Assembly: GCA_963813025.1 (NCBI GenBank) | Contig: CAWEXO010000004.1 | Span: 114,308-178,307 of the forward strand | Reading direction: 5' to 3' | DNA length: 64,000 bases | Origin: an uncultured Verrucomicrobiae bacterium | GTDB lineage: Bacteria; Verrucomicrobiota; Verrucomicrobiia; Chthoniobacterales; JAFAMB01 | In this document: positions 1 through 11,770 of the stretch, in pieces | How the letters are laid out: each line of letters begins with the position of its first letter | Numbering within the stretch: the first letter of the stretch is position 1 | Translations under genes and position numbers: made by a program | The notes under the pieces: generated by a model | Database searches by the model: none | Told to the model about the DNA's origin: nothing | What the model saw: the letters and a program-made list of their open reading frames with translations, nothing else

Positions 1-555
1 CCTCGCGCGGTCTACCGTGCTCTGGCACTGCTGGACTGTGCCTGGACGAAATGGATTATCACCTTCGGAGACGAGGTTTGTTTGCCGCCGGATGATGCAC
101 GGAGTAACTATCGGATGGCTTCGGAATGCTTTTTGATGGTCACGACACCTGGTGAAGTGTTGCGGATGAAGGGCGAGTTGACCCCGCAAGAAGGCGCGGA
201 GGAATACAATTCCGCGATCCGATATTTGGCGGCGCGGTTCCGGCACAAACGTCTGGCGCACGACCTCGTTTTGCTCGGGCTGGGGGACGATGGCCACACG
301 GCCTCGCTCTTTCCCAACACACCGGCGCTGGACGAAACCAGCCGCGATGTGGTCTGTAATTTTGTGCCGAAACTGGATGCCTGGCGTTTGACCGTCACCT
401 TCCCGCTCATTAACGCGGCGCATCGAGTTGCCTTTCTGGTTAACGATGCTCGCAGTGAACCCTTGGTCGACGCCATTCTCCAGGGTGACAGGCGGCGTCC
501 GGCTGCCCGGGTACAGCCAAAATCGGGAGAGCTCCTCTGGTTTATCGGTCAGTAA
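1..555 (+). CDS. pgl: 6-phosphogluconolactonase (5' end outside window)
   Basis: Frame open from base 1: FGDEVCLPPDDARSNY, DLVLLGLGDDGHTASLFP, RLTVTFPLIN motifs. Confidence 0.9.
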   Translation, partial: PRAVYRALALLDCAWTKWIITFGDEVCLPPDDARSNYRMASECFLMVTTPGEVLRMKGELTPQEGAEEYNSAIRYLAARFRHKRLAHDLVLLGLGDDGHTASLFPNTPALDETSRDVVCNFVPKLDAWRLTVTFPLINAAHRVAFLVNDARSEPLVDAILQGDRRRPAARVQPKSGELLWFIGQ

Positions 556-593
556 GATCCAGCCCCACTCAAGCATGGCGATCTTGGCGAATC

Positions 594-1187
594 GTGATAA
601 CATCCCACAAAATTCTCGATACGCGCGGTATCATGAACGAACTGCTGGAGGTCGTCAGTCGATGTAATTCGGGAAGCGAACCTCCCGGCGCTCTGCACTG
701 GCAGCCGCTTATGGCGGCCCCGCTGGAGAGCTGGGAGCGATGGCTGCAAACAGATTTCGCGACCTGTCTGTTGCCTCACCTTGGCGCTGTTCTCTCCCTG
801 GCCGGGAAACAGCACGTCCGCGAAATTATTGAACTGGATGTGGAGTACGATCAAACGCTCGAGATGCCGCTTCGAACGAAAAGCGCGCGACTGGGGCAAG
901 ACCTTCTTCAGAGAACCCCGGCTCGGGGAGACCGGATGTTCGCACGCTTACAGCAGGCCATTCGTGCGGGACAGGCGCCGGGCCATTATGCCACGGTTTT
1001 TGCTTGCCGGGCGGCGTCTTTTGCCATTCCGGCGCGCCTTGTTTTCCTGTCATATTGCTGGCAGGAATTGAGCTGGAGTCTGACGAACCAAGAGGATCTA
1101 ACCGGCTTCGTGGCCGCTGCCGCCAAAGTCGTCAACGAATTCCTCTTTGCATCGCCCTCGTACCCTAAGTGCCGTGAAAATGGCTGA
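594..1187 (+). CDS. UreF-like (urease accessory family) protein
   Basis: SARLGQDLL...APGHYATVFACRAASFAIP resembles UreF; no urease genes nearby. Confidence 0.5.
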   Translation: MITSHKILDTRGIMNELLEVVSRCNSGSEPPGALHWQPLMAAPLESWERWLQTDFATCLLPHLGAVLSLAGKQHVREIIELDVEYDQTLEMPLRTKSARLGQDLLQRTPARGDRMFARLQQAIRAGQAPGHYATVFACRAASFAIPARLVFLSYCWQELSWSLTNQEDLTGFVAAAAKVVNEFLFASPSYPKCRENG

Positions 1188-1455
1188 TACTCTCCAGGAA
1201 CAAGAAACCAAAGTGCGCTTGGACGTACCTTGGAACGTGATCGTCCACAACGATCCGGTAAATCTGATGAGCTACGTCACGCTCGTTTTTCAGAGGGTTT
1301 TTGGTTTTTCCCGGGACAAGGCGCAGCATCACATGCTCGAGGTGCACTATAAAGGACGGTCCATTGTTTGGAGCGGCACGCGAGAGCGAGCAGAATTCTA
1401 CGTTCAGCAATTGCATGGCCACCTGCTGCTGGCGACCCTTGAACAGTCCGAGTGA
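1180..1455 (+). CDS. clpS: ATP-dependent Clp protease adaptor ClpS
   Basis: WNVIVHNDPVNLMSYVT...MLEVHYKGRSIV; ATG at 1180 overlaps upstream stop. Confidence 0.92.
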   Translation: MADTLQEQETKVRLDVPWNVIVHNDPVNLMSYVTLVFQRVFGFSRDKAQHHMLEVHYKGRSIVWSGTRERAEFYVQQLHGHLLLATLEQSE

Positions 1456-1943
1456 TGCTTATTCGCGGGCGGAATGACGGCACGATCGAGTTCTTGGATA
1501 TCGAGCCGATCGAAATGGAGTTGCTGCGGGAAATCGTTCCATTGGCCGGCGCAGGCGACAGTCAATCCGAGAATCACCTTTTCTCCCCGCCGGCCGCGGA
1601 TACGGAAACCGAGTTCCTCCGCGATTGGGCGGAATTTGTCGAACCAGAGTTGCGCAGACTCTTTCTCTCGGCTCGCACCATCGTAAAAGAAGACATCGAT
1701 CATCTCCAAAAGCCGATCGGACGCCATGGGCGCCTGAAGATTCGGGCGGAACATGGCGAAGCCTGGTTGAATACTCTGAACCAAGTCCGGCTTATCCTTG
1801 CCGCACAATACCATTTTATGGAGCGGGAGCTTTCCAGTCACAAGCTTCCGCGAGCATTCACCAAACGAGAACTGGTTCTGGTGCAGATTAACTTTTATGC
1901 CGCTATCCAGGAGCGAATCATTGAGCTTCTGGAAGGGCGATAG
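1452..1943 (+). CDS. DUF2017-like protein
   Basis: LFSPP...DWAEFVEPELRRLF...AWLNTLNQVRLILA; coupled to clpS (GTGA overlap). Confidence 0.7.
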   Translation: MMLIRGRNDGTIEFLDIEPIEMELLREIVPLAGAGDSQSENHLFSPPAADTETEFLRDWAEFVEPELRRLFLSARTIVKEDIDHLQKPIGRHGRLKIRAEHGEAWLNTLNQVRLILAAQYHFMERELSSHKLPRAFTKRELVLVQINFYAAIQERIIELLEGR

Positions 1944-1953
1944 GCTGGGATAA

Positions 1954-2023
1954 CGTTTCGCATTTCACGTTTCACGCACTCCCCGAACTGCACGCCAAAC
2001 GCAAAACGCGAAACGCGAAACGC
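1954..2023. repeat. Inverted heptamer tandem repeats forming an intergenic hairpin
   Basis: cgtttcg-catttca-cgtttca opposed by gccaaac-gcaaaac-gcgaaac-gcgaaac. Confidence 0.7.
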
Positions 2024-2126
2024 TCCAAAACGCTCTGGATTAGTGTCCGGCAAAGGCGATGTTTCCGGGTGTTGCACGGATTGCCAGCCATTGACGCTAA
2101 GCATTCTCCGAGGCTAATCTGGACCT

Positions 2127-2600
2127 ATGAGTAAACCTGTTGTCGAGGTGCAGGTTCGTGCGATTATCCCGACCTCCGGAAGTTGCGCGGTTTTTCTCGG
2201 CAATGAGGAAAAGGTTTTCGTCATCTACGTGGACCAGACCGTGGGCGCAGCCATCACGATGTTCATGCGCGGAATGCAGAAGGAGCGCCCGCTCACCCAT
2301 GATCTGCTCGGTCATATCTTGCGGGCGCTGGGCGCCCAAGTGGATCGGATCATTGTCAACGATCTGAAGCGGGGTACCTACTACGCGCGATTGATCCTGA
2401 GCGCGGAGAATGAGTTGCACCAGCGCAAGTTGGTCGAGATCGACGCTCGACCGAGCGATTGCATCGCTATGGCAACGCAGCAAAGCGCTCCGATCTACGT
2501 CAGTCGTGAGGTTTGGGAGGAAGTCGAGGATATGGCCGAGGTACTACGCAAAATGGAGGAGGAAAGTTCCGAACCCGGCGAAGCTGGAGAAGAGGAATGA
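2127..2600 (+). CDS. Bifunctional nuclease (DUF151/BFN) family protein
   Basis: RPLTHDLL and IDARPSDCIAMA motifs. Confidence 0.9.
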   Translation: MSKPVVEVQVRAIIPTSGSCAVFLGNEEKVFVIYVDQTVGAAITMFMRGMQKERPLTHDLLGHILRALGAQVDRIIVNDLKRGTYYARLILSAENELHQRKLVEIDARPSDCIAMATQQSAPIYVSREVWEEVEDMAEVLRKMEEESSEPGEAGEEE

Positions 2601-2708
2601 TGCCGTCCGATCCAAACTCGTTTCCGGAGAACGAAATTTGCCGTTTGTGGTCCAGAATTCCTGCCCCGGCCGTTGCATTTGGAACTGACCCATCTAGCTT
2701 GCGGCAGC

Positions 2709-4623
2709 ATGTCTGCACTCTGGGATATTCCCTCCGCAGTTGCCCTGTATAACATAGATCGCTGGGGTTCGGGCTATTTTACTATTAATCGGTCGGGTAA
2801 TGTTCAAGTGATGCCGACCCAGTCCGAACACCAGGCGATTGACCTGATCGATGTGGTCGCCAAAGCGAAGGAGAGCGGCTTGAATTTTCCTCTGGTGATT
2901 CGCTTTCAGGATCTTCTCCGCCACCGCGTAGAGACGATCAACCGAGCCTTTCAATCGGCGATCGCGGAAGCGGGCTACCAGAATGTCTACAAAGGTGTGT
3001 TCCCGATAAAAGTCAACCAGCTGCGCGAGGTGGTTGAGGAGATCATCGATGCCGGAAAGCCTTACAATTTTGGGCTCGAGGCCGGGAGCAAGCCGGAGCT
3101 AATCGCCGCGCTGGCGGTGCATCAAAACCCGGAAAGCCTCATCATCTGCAACGGCTACAAGGACACCATTTACATCCAAAACGCCTTGCTCGGACGCAAG
3201 CTGGGCAAGCAGGTCATTATGGTGGTGGAGAAGCTCGAGGAGATCCGTCAGATCGTGCAGGTCTCCCGCGAGATGAATGTCCTCCCGATTCTTGGCTTGC
3301 GCGTTCGTTTGCAGGCGAAGGGTTCGGGCAAATGGGCAACGAGCGGGGGCGAGAATGCGAAGTTTGGCCTCTCGACCGCGGAACTCGTCGCAGCCAGTAA
3401 TTATCTGAAATCCGAAGGATTGGCCGACAGTTTGCAACTCGTTCATTTCCACGTCGGTTCGCAAGTGCCGGATATCGGCGTGATCAAGCGGGCGGTCCGC
3501 GAAGCGGCGCGCTTTTATGCCAAACTATCCAAGATGGGGCATCCGATCCGCTACATCGATGTGGGCGGTGGTCTGGGTGTGGACTACGACGGCTCGCGTA
3601 CCGCCTTCGACAGTTCGATGAACTACACTCTCCAGGAATACGCCCGCGACGTCGTTTATAACATCATGGACGTCTGTGATACCGAAGAAGTGCCTCACCC
3701 GATCATCGTCAGCGAAAGTGGTCGAGCCATCGTCGCGCACCATTCGGTCTTGATCGTCGAAGCGTTTGGTTCAATCGAAAAAGGAGCGGCCGACTTGGCC
3801 CTGACCGTACACGAGTCCGATCCGAAAGTGCTCCATGACATGACCGAGATTCAACGGACACTCACCAAGCAAAACCGGATGGAAAATCTGCACGACGCGC
3901 AGCAGGTCAAAGAACAGGCGCAATCGATGTTTGAGCTGGGTTTGCTCGAGCTGGAAAGCAAAGCCCGGATCGAGACAATTTATTGGCAGATCGCGCAGTC
4001 CGTCGTCGATCTCTGCCGCGGAATGCGTTACGTGCCGGACGAAATCAAGGATCTGGAGACTGCGCTCGGAGACCAGTACCTATGCAATTTCTCGGTTTTC
4101 CAATCGCTGCTCGATCACTGGGCGCTCGGCCAGCTCTTTCCGGTCATGCCCGTTCACCGCCTGGAACAACCTCCGGACCGCAACGGGACGCTCGTGGATA
4201 TCACTTGCGATTCCGACGGCAAAGTCAGCAAGTTTATTGATCTGCAGGACGTGCAGTGACACTTTGCCGTTGCACCGGATGATGCCTGGCGAGCCCTATT
4301 ACCTTGGGTTTTTCTTGATGGGCGCCTACCAGGATATCATGGGAGACCTGCACAACCTTTTTGGCCGGGTGAACGAGGCGCACGTCTTTCTGGATGAAGA
4401 CGAAGAATCCGGCTGGTACATCGAGGAGGTCATCGAGGGCAGCACGATCGGCAGCGTTCTCTCGATGACGCAATGGGACGAAAACCTTCTGACGCGCCTA
4501 TTGAAGGGCCAGATCGATGCGGCGATTAAATCCGATCGACTCAAACCCAGCGAAGCGATGCGCCTGCTCAGCGAGTACGAACGCGGCTTGAAGGGCTACA
4601 CTTACCTGAATTTTCGCAAATAA
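2709..4623 (+). CDS. speA: Biosynthetic arginine decarboxylase, with a +1 frameshift at ~4255
   Basis: FPIKVNQ, HFHVGSQ, DVGGGLGVDYDG, DITCDSDG, GAYQDIMGDLHNLFG; frames join if one extra A is removed from gtgcAgtgac. Confidence 0.9.
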
Positions 4624-4642
4624 ATCGAGCTCCACCACTGCT

Positions 4643-6766
4643 TTAGCCCCCGAACAAGTTACGGAATGAGCGCAACAGGCGCCGGCCAAAATTATCATCG
4701 CGGGGCGGTGGTTGCTGCTGGGCGCGGAACGGCTGCGGCTGTTCTCCGAGATGAACCGGACAGGATTTCTGCGGCACGAGAGATTGCGGCAAGGTGATCT
4801 CGTAGCTCGTTCCGGCTTCTTGACAGCCACTGGTCGCCAGATCATTCGAGATCGAGCAAAGCTGAACGTGCACGAGAGGTTCCGGCGCTGGGAATTCGCC
4901 ATCCGGATATTTCTGGCGCGACGCTTTCTCCATGATTCGTACCCAGATCGGCAGCGCAAGAGCGGCTCCGTATCCTCTTTGTTCGATCGTCTGTGGCTGA
5001 TCAAAGCCGACCCAGACGCCGCAGGTTAATGAATTCGTAAAGCCGACAAACCACGCGTCTTTATAGTCATCGGTCGTTCCGGTTTTCCCGGCGGCATATC
5101 GGTCGAGGCCGAGAGACTTGGCGGAGCTGGCGGTACCCCGCTCGACTACCCCGCGAATGGTCTCAGCAATCATCCAGGCGATCGCCGGAGAGAGCACTTG
5201 AGTCTGCTGCGGGTGCGCCTGGTACACGACATTCCCCTCAGCATCATCGATGCGCTCGATCAAGTAAGGTTGTCGGCGGACGCCGTGAGCGGCCAGCGAG
5301 CTGTATGCTGCCGTGACGTCTTTCAGCGTCGACTCAAACGCGCCGAGATAGATCGCCGGAGTACTTGGAATATCGCGGGCCAAGCCGGCCGTCAGACCAA
5401 GGTTGCGAACGCGCTCCAGCGTAGCCAGTTCGCCCACGCGGATCGACATGAGATTGCGCGAGTAAATCAGGCCGTCGCGGGCGGGCCGCATTCCCCGATT
5501 TTGACTATCGGAGTTCTGCGGATTCCAATTCGGGGCGCTCTCTATTTCGCCTCGTTGAAGCGGTGCATCGCTCACCAGTGTTCCCGGCATCATCCCTTGG
5601 GCGTAGGCCGCCGCGTAGACGAACGGTTTAAAGGTTGAGCCGATCGGGCGGTAGGCCTGGAGAGCACGGTTGAATTTGCTTTGCCGATAGTCGCGTCCAC
5701 CCACCAGAGCCCGGATCGCGCCGGTCCGGCTGTCAATTGCGACCGAAGCACCCTCCAGATAGTTCGTGTCCGCTTTGTTCGCTTGATCCGATTCGGAGTA
5801 ATCGGATTTGCGAGGATGTTTGTACCCTGGCTTCTGTTCAATTTCGGTCAACCAGTTGTTCACCGAGGCTTCGGACGCTTTTTGCAGAGCCGGGTCGATC
5901 GTCGTGTAAATGCGAAGACCACCTCCGTCGATCTGGTCCTGGCTGACGAGCCCCTGCAACTCGCGATACAAGGCGTCGATCGCATAGTTTTCTTGCGGCG
6001 TGTTCGGGCGCTGGCTGGCGATGCGGAGAAGGGATCGATCAGCTGCCTCCGCCTGTGACTGAGTGATCATTTTCAGCTCTTCCATCCGCTGCAGAACCTC
6101 ATTGCGCTGAGCGATTGCACCATTCGGATTGTTGAAAGGCGAATACCGGTTAGGACTCCGGATCAGGCCCGCCAGCAGTGCGGCTTCTGGCAGGGTGAGC
6201 TTGGACGCGGGCTTCCCGAAGTACGCTTCGCTGGCGGTTTCCAGCCCGTAGTAGCCCGACCCGAAATAGATTCGGTTGATGTAATTCTCCAGAATCTGAT
6301 CCTTGGTGAAGTTCGCCTCGATTCGCAGGGCGACGAACGCTTCAAGCAGTTTGCGGCCCAGGTCCCGTCCGCCGAGAGAAAAACTGTTCCGGGCCAATTG
6401 TTGGGTGATTGTGCTCCCGCCCTGGCGCACTCCGTGATGTAAAAGATCGCTGATCAGCGCGCGGAATGTACCGACAAGATCGATTCCATGATGGTGATAG
6501 AAACGCGCATCCTCGCGCGCCAGCAATGCCTCCTTGAAATAAGGAGAAACGTTCTTCAGGTCGGTCAATATCCGATTTTCACCGTACAGTCTTGTATAGA
6601 GCTTGCCGTCCATGTCGTAGAGCCAGGACCGTTCCGGGATATGGCCAACCTCATGCAGATCGAAACGCAAAGACAAAACGAAGAAATAGCCGGCAAAGGC
6701 CATCGCCAGGAGCACTGCGCAGGAGCCAAACAAAACAAAGAACCGAAAAACAGCGTGTTTCTTCAC
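4643..6766 (-). CDS. Class A penicillin-binding protein (PBP1A family)
   Basis: [21 protein letters not shown], SxxK (STFK), SRN, KTGTT motifs; N-terminal TM anchor. Confidence 0.93.
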   Translation of the reverse strand: MKKHAVFRFFVLFGSCAVLLAMAFAGYFFVLSLRFDLHEVGHIPERSWLYDMDGKLYTRLYGENRILTDLKNVSPYFKEALLAREDARFYHHHGIDLVGTFRALISDLLHHGVRQGGSTITQQLARNSFSLGGRDLGRKLLEAFVALRIEANFTKDQILENYINRIYFGSGYYGLETASEAYFGKPASKLTLPEAALLAGLIRSPNRYSPFNNPNGAIAQRNEVLQRMEELKMITQSQAEAADRSLLRIASQRPNTPQENYAIDALYRELQGLVSQDQIDGGGLRIYTTIDPALQKASEASVNNWLTEIEQKPGYKHPRKSDYSESDQANKADTNYLEGASVAIDSRTGAIRALVGGRDYRQSKFNRALQAYRPIGSTFKPFVYAAAYAQGMMPGTLVSDAPLQRGEIESAPNWNPQNSDSQNRGMRPARDGLIYSRNLMSIRVGELATLERVRNLGLTAGLARDIPSTPAIYLGAFESTLKDVTAAYSSLAAHGVRRQPYLIERIDDAEGNVVYQAHPQQTQVLSPAIAWMIAETIRGVVERGTASSAKSLGLDRYAAGKTGTTDDYKDAWFVGFTNSLTCGVWVGFDQPQTIEQRGYGAALALPIWVRIMEKASRQKYPDGEFPAPEPLVHVQLCSISNDLATSGCQEAGTSYEITLPQSLVPQKSCPVHLGEQPQPFRAQQQPPPRDDNFGRRLLRSFRNLFGG

Positions 6767-7530
6767 TGGTCTTTCTCAGGCCTGGGTTCCTTGCCCGCGC
6801 CGCACTCGATTGATGGTCCATCGCCGGAACTCGCTTCGGTCTCACGGTCAGCCGAGTTCGAGAGCAGATCCGGTCGCCGGCAGCTGGTCCGGAGGAGAGC
6901 TTGCTCTCTCCGCCATACCTCAATCTGCTTATGATTTCCCGAAAGCAGCACCTCCGGCACCCTCCAGCCGCGAAATACGGGAGGCCGGGTGTATTGCGGA
7001 AACTCCAAGCGATTGTTGCTGAAGGAATCGTTCACAGCCGATTCCTCCGCGCCGAGCACCCCTGGTATAAGCCGGGCGACCGCATCGACGACTACCGCCG
7101 CGGCGATTGCGCCGTTGGTCAGAATGTAATCGCCGATCGAGATCTCTTGATCTACCAGGTAGTCAGCTACCCTTTGATCAACACCTTCGTAATGGCCACT
7201 AATCAGGATGAGGTGCTGCTTCTGCGCCAGCTCGGTCGCGATCGCCTGGTCAAAGCGACGGCCGGCTGGTCCCAATAGAATGACTTGCGCCTCAACGGTG
7301 CGGAGCGCTTCAATCGCGGCAAAGATGGGTTCCGGCTTCAATACCATGCCCGGACCTCCTCCATAGGGCGGCTCATCAGTGACGTGATGTTTGTCGGTTG
7401 CCCAATCGCGAATATTCAAGCATCTGACCTCAATCAAACCGTTCTGTTGCGCCCGGCCCAAGATGCTGGCACGGAATACACCTTCAATCAGCGCCGGAAA
7501 CAGGGTCAAGATATCGAACCGAGTCGTCAC
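6763..7530 (-). CDS. trmD: tRNA (guanine-N1)-methyltransferase
   Basis: [55 protein letters not shown] start chosen at 7530. Confidence 0.95.
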   Translation of the reverse strand: MTTRFDILTLFPALIEGVFRASILGRAQQNGLIEVRCLNIRDWATDKHHVTDEPPYGGGPGMVLKPEPIFAAIEALRTVEAQVILLGPAGRRFDQAIATELAQKQHLILISGHYEGVDQRVADYLVDQEISIGDYILTNGAIAAAVVVDAVARLIPGVLGAEESAVNDSFSNNRLEFPQYTRPPVFRGWRVPEVLLSGNHKQIEVWRREQALLRTSCRRPDLLSNSADRETEASSGDGPSIECGAGKEPRPEKDQ

Positions 7531-7594
7531 AGAACATTTTAGCCTGACCGATCCGGGAAGATCCTCAACTGAAATCACGACGTCGTTTTCCGGA

Positions 7595-7684
7595 GTAGCG
7601 AGTCCCGGGTCCCTAGTCCCTAATCCCGAGTTGTAAGACGCCGAGTCCCTACTCGGGACTCGCTACCCGGGACTCGGGACTCGT
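7595..7684. repeat. Inverted heptamer (GAGTCCC/GGGACTC) repeat hairpin
   Basis: gtagcgagtcccgggtccctagtccc...gggactcgctacccgggactcgggactc. Confidence 0.7.
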
Positions 7685-7699
7685 AGATCCAAAAGAGAT

Positions 7700-7744
<45 letters not shown>

Positions 7745-7828
7745 AGTAAAATGCCTAGGGGGTCATTGCTCTTCCCGGGAGCCAAGCGGAGTATTCAGGA
7801 GGACAAGGAGCCATAATGGTGAAAATAC

Positions 7829-7874
7829 TGCGACTATTTGCGACCTTGACGTTTCGCGACTATCTGCGACTATT
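7829..7874 (+). promoter_or_regulatory. Putative integrase arm-type binding sites (4 x YGCGAC, paired at 10-bp spacing)
   Basis: GCGAC at 7830, 7840, 7856, 7866; same motif twice at 28520 and 28531 beside the other att. Confidence 0.65.
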
Positions 7875-7879
7875 GCCTT

Positions 7880-9008
7880 ATGCCAAGAACCGCTAGCCTA
7901 AAGCCAAAGCACCGAGACGGGCGCGTAAGCGCTTGGTGCGTGTCCGTTCCTCCCGCGATGTCGCCGACTGGCAAACGCCAAGAACTGTTCTTTGCCACGA
8001 AGGGCGAAGCGCAGGCCGAATGCGAAAAGCTGAAAGCACGGAAGGACAACTTTGGTATCAGCCTTCGCGCCATGAGCCCTGCAAGGATAGCGGAAGCATC
8101 CGAAGCATTCAGGCTACTTGAGCCGTTCGACATGAGCCTTCTGGATTGCGTGCGATCGCACGTCGCTACTCTCGTCCAACGAAAGAACAGCGTAAGTTTT
8201 GGAGAAGCTTTCCGGCGCTGGGCCGATCTCAAGAAAAGCAAGTCTAAGAAATACATCTCTGAGATACGACAGGTCCGGGCCAAGTTTAACGCCATTCAGG
8301 ATGTTCCCATCTGCGACATCAAAGCCGATCACTTGGAGCCGATCCTTTCTAATCTTCCGCCAGCGTCGCGCAACGCCCACATGCGTCGGCTGCGGACTAT
8401 GTTTAATCACGCAATGAAAAAGGATTGGATCCCGTTCGGTTCAAGCCCGATTGCGAGAATGGATTTCGCAGAAAGCAAAAAGCATGAGGTTGAGACGTTT
8501 CGCCAGAACATGTTGAAAAGATGCTGAGATACGCGCTGGAGCATGATTCCGACCTTTGCCATTGCTTGTCCTTGGGTTTTTCTGCGGCATCCGTCCCGAG
8601 GGCGAGCTATCCAAACTGGCATGGAGCGACCTAAGGTTCGACAAAGACAAGGCGCAGGTCGTGATACGTCCAGAAGTGTCTAAGACCCACCGTCGCCGGT
8701 TTATCGACGTTTCCGCGAACGCCATCGAATGGTTGAGACTAGCCGGGATCAAAAAGGATGGTCTGGTTCTTCCGCTCGCCGACATTACATTGAGACGCAA
8801 GCGGCGGGACATGTGCAAGAACCTAGGGATACGCTGGATCCAGCAGGGTATGCGCCACAGCTTTTGCAGCTACTGGCTAGCCATCCATGAGGACGCCGAC
8901 AAGCTTGTCCTCCAGTCAGGGCATACCGATGCCCAAACCATGTGGGAACATTATCACGCTGGTGTCACCAGAGAGTCCGCACAGCGCTTTTGGTCGATCG
9001 TTCCTTAA
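7880..9008 (+). CDS. Tyrosine integrase; two -1 indels in T runs (~8500, ~8555)
   Basis: GFFCGIRPEGEL, SKT, MRHSFCSYW, SGH, HY catalytic motifs; bridging frame reads SPEHVEKMLRYALEHDSDL. Confidence 0.85.
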
Positions 9009-9046
9009 GCTTCCGCAACCCGTTGTGGGCTAGCAATCGATCCGAC

Positions 9047-9094
9047 ACAATATCTTGCGATTCCGTTTGCGGGTTTGTCAACCCGTGATATTGT
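9047..9094. promoter_or_regulatory. Nested inverted repeat upstream of xis-like gene (possible operator or terminator)
   Basis: acaatatc...gatattgt enclosing cgggtt-tgtc-aacccg. Confidence 0.35.
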
Positions 9095-9169
9095 TGGCGG
9101 CCAGAGGGGTTTAAGGGGGGTTAAGGTACCAAAAAAGGGAACGACGAGGTTGACACGCCAGACAACGGC

Positions 9170-9352
9170 ATGACACCAAAATTCGTTCGACCACCTGAAC
9201 TAGCAAAATTCTTGTCCGTTCATCCACGCACTATTCGTGCGTGGCAATCCTCGAAAATTATTCCGTTCACAAAGATAGGCAGAACCGTGTTGTTTGACGT
9301 AGCCGAGGTCCTCGCCTGCTTATCAAAATTCAAGCGCGATATTGCCCGATGA
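9170..9352 (+). CDS. Excisionase/MerR-like HTH protein
   Basis: ELAKFLSVHPRTIRAWQSSKIIPFTKIGRTVLFD. Confidence 0.85.
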   Translation: MTPKFVRPPELAKFLSVHPRTIRAWQSSKIIPFTKIGRTVLFDVAEVLACLSKFKRDIAR

Positions 9353-9812
9353 TTCGTGGCCCGATGATGAATGGGAAAGCCGTTTACTGGGCCGGCGGCA
9401 CTGGCGCAGCACCGGCCCAGCGGCAAATCAAATCTGATGACCTTGGCGCACTCGCCTTCTCGGGCGCGTGTTCGAAATCCCGGACCTCATTGACAAGCTT
9501 CTGGCCGGGCACTCGCACTAATGCGCGTGTGAGCGACTTGAATAGCTCGCGCAGGTGTCACTTCTTGCGCCCGGACTTCTTACGCAAAAGAGGTATAAAA
9601 TGGTACAGGTAATGGCCTAAAAATACCTGAAAATATTTCATTCTGTCTGATTTCAAAGTATAGCGCTATTTGTATGTCCTAATAGGACTTATATTATCTC
9701 ATTCGCCCGTTTTTGGGACACAGATCAGCCTTTTTGGTCGCCTTAAGAGGCTGCGACACGCCTTAAGGCCGTAAATTCAGGCCAGTAATTATACCTAACC
9801 AAAAGAATATTT

Positions 9813-10046
9813 ATGCATCCCCAAGAATACGTTACCGCACAAGATGTAGCACGAGCCAGTGGATTGGCCCTCGACGTCGTCTATTACCACATTCGGGTTA
9901 AAAACCTTCCCGCCACAAAGTTCGGGGACCAATACGCCATCAAGTCAGCGGACCTAAAAGAATTCGTCCGTCGCAAGGCGTTGCATGCCTACCTCCGTAG
10001 GCCCGGCAGACCCCGGAAGCTTCAGCCAGTTGAAGCGCTCACATAA
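9813..10046 (+). CDS. HTH_17-type DNA-binding protein with C-terminal RPGRPRK (AT-hook-like)
   Basis: YVTAQDVARASG...YYHIRVKNLPATKFGDQYAIKSADLKEF. Confidence 0.8.
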   Translation: MHPQEYVTAQDVARASGLALDVVYYHIRVKNLPATKFGDQYAIKSADLKEFVRRKALHAYLRRPGRPRKLQPVEALT

Positions 10047-10123
10047 AAAGGAAAGGGGGCCAGTTACCAGCCGGCCCCCAACAACCTAACGCGGACACAT
10101 CAACCCCTTCTTAAAGAATTGAA

Positions 10124-11152
10124 ATGTCAATAACGCCTACATCGATAAATACCGATGTCAACCTGCGTCCCTGGACTCGCCGGAAGATCGACGAATGCCC
10201 AACTGCTGGAAGTGGACTGAATCGCGGGCTTAGCACCGTAGCGGTTAGCCTCCGGCACGAAACGGACGAAGACCCCGGTATTGAACTGCTTTTCAATCTG
10301 GCAGTCGAACGCGGACGTAGTGAGCGCAAGGCCAGGATCGAAGCTGAACGATTGCGGCGGAAATGGCGCGATCTGTCAGATGCGCCTGCACCCGCAATCG
10401 GAACCTGCCGGGAGCGACCCAAACCCAAGGCCGCGGCGCCCGACAAGGACCTGATCAGCCGGGCCGTAAGCGGCAGCACGTTAACCGTGGCGCAGCTAAC
10501 CGAGATGTCACCCATCAAGGTCGATCCAGCGGACGATAGCGCAGCGGAAAACATTGTAGACCTACTTTTTCCCGATCGCGACATTATCTGCGCATCCGTT
10601 AAGCACTGGGACGCCCATTGTGAACCCCATGGCGAGGCGGGGCTATCAGGGCTCAACCGTGCACAATTCCTTTGCCCGAACCCGATGCGGGAGGCTGGCC
10701 ATTACAAGCAAGGCAAACCATCCCCGAGGCGCAACCTCAACGTCTTATACCGGCGCTGGTTAGTCATCGAATTCGACATAGCCAGATATGGGCGCGATGG
10801 CGTGACGCCGACCTTCTGGAAGCCGACGCTAGACCAGTGGGAGCAACAGGGCATCGGTGCGCAGGACGCACAGGCCCGACTCATCCAGCGCATTGCTGGA
10901 TACGAGTTTAATCTCGCTATGGTAGTTTTCAGTGGCGGCAAGTCACTGCATTCATGGTGGCCAGTGGCGGGCAAGCCGGAGGGCGAAGTTACCACGTTCA
11001 TCGACCGGGCCGTCAAGCTGGGCGCTGATCCAGCGGCCAAAATCCCTAGCCAGTTTTTTCGGATGCCGCACGGCAAGCGCCAGAACGGGGAACGCCAGCG
11101 GGTGGTCTACCTGGACCTGGAAATTTTAACATCTAACACGCGAAAGAAGTAA
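10124..11152 (+). CDS. Putative AEP/RepB-like DNA primase
   Basis: RRWLVIEFD, VFSGGKSLHSWW, ADPA...QFFRMPHG motifs; precedes helicase. Confidence 0.7.
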   Translation: MSITPTSINTDVNLRPWTRRKIDECPTAGSGLNRGLSTVAVSLRHETDEDPGIELLFNLAVERGRSERKARIEAERLRRKWRDLSDAPAPAIGTCRERPKPKAAAPDKDLISRAVSGSTLTVAQLTEMSPIKVDPADDSAAENIVDLLFPDRDIICASVKHWDAHCEPHGEAGLSGLNRAQFLCPNPMREAGHYKQGKPSPRRNLNVLYRRWLVIEFDIARYGRDGVTPTFWKPTLDQWEQQGIGAQDAQARLIQRIAGYEFNLAMVVFSGGKSLHSWWPVAGKPEGEVTTFIDRAVKLGADPAAKIPSQFFRMPHGKRQNGERQRVVYLDLEILTSNTRKK

Positions 11153-11159
11153 CACACCA

Positions 11160-11770
11160 ATGGACATTATACCAAGGGCAGAAGAACGCCCGGCAGAAGA
11201 CGGAAACCTAAATGCAATAACACTAGCCGGAAAATCACTCATGGACTTTTGCGACATGGAAATTAACCCGGCTCACAACCTGCTGGGCAACCGCTGGCTG
11301 GAACGGACGAATGTGGCATTTATCGTTGCGCCATCCGGACAGGGCAAGAGCACGCTGTCAATTAATGCGGCGATGGAGTGGTCCTGCGGGCGCACATCAT
11401 TCGATATTCGGCCAGTTCGGGCGTTGCGAATTTTAGTAGTTCAGGCCGAAGACAACATGAATGACTGTATGTGAGAAAATGACACCTTAACGTGAGATTC
11501 TCATTTTCACACACACACCCCTGTTTAACGACAAACTGGGCGCGTGCCATGCTCGTTCTCAGGCCGCGGCGGAAATGGCGAATGCCCAGCAAAGCCCCCG
11601 CACAAATCAATGGTCGGGATCAAATGATCTGGACAAAACCACCCAACCCGTTTTAACCGACTTTTAAGGAAATGTAAGGGAAAACAGGTCGATCTGAATG
11701 ATGAGAGGAAATATCAATTAACGCCGAAAGGCCTTAAGGAATTGGCTATTCCGCAAAGGGGGTATGGCTA
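11160..11770 (+). pseudogene. AAA_25/RepA-like helicase with internal deletions
   Basis: Walker A APSGQGKS, VQAED, stop at 11474; downstream remnants TNWARAMLVL and KYQLTPKG. Confidence 0.65.

Noticed and set aside
4250..4262. Programmed frameshift or selenocysteine readthrough in speA
   Set aside because: No slippery sequence; continuation is in another frame, so TGA readthrough would not help; a one-base insertion explains it
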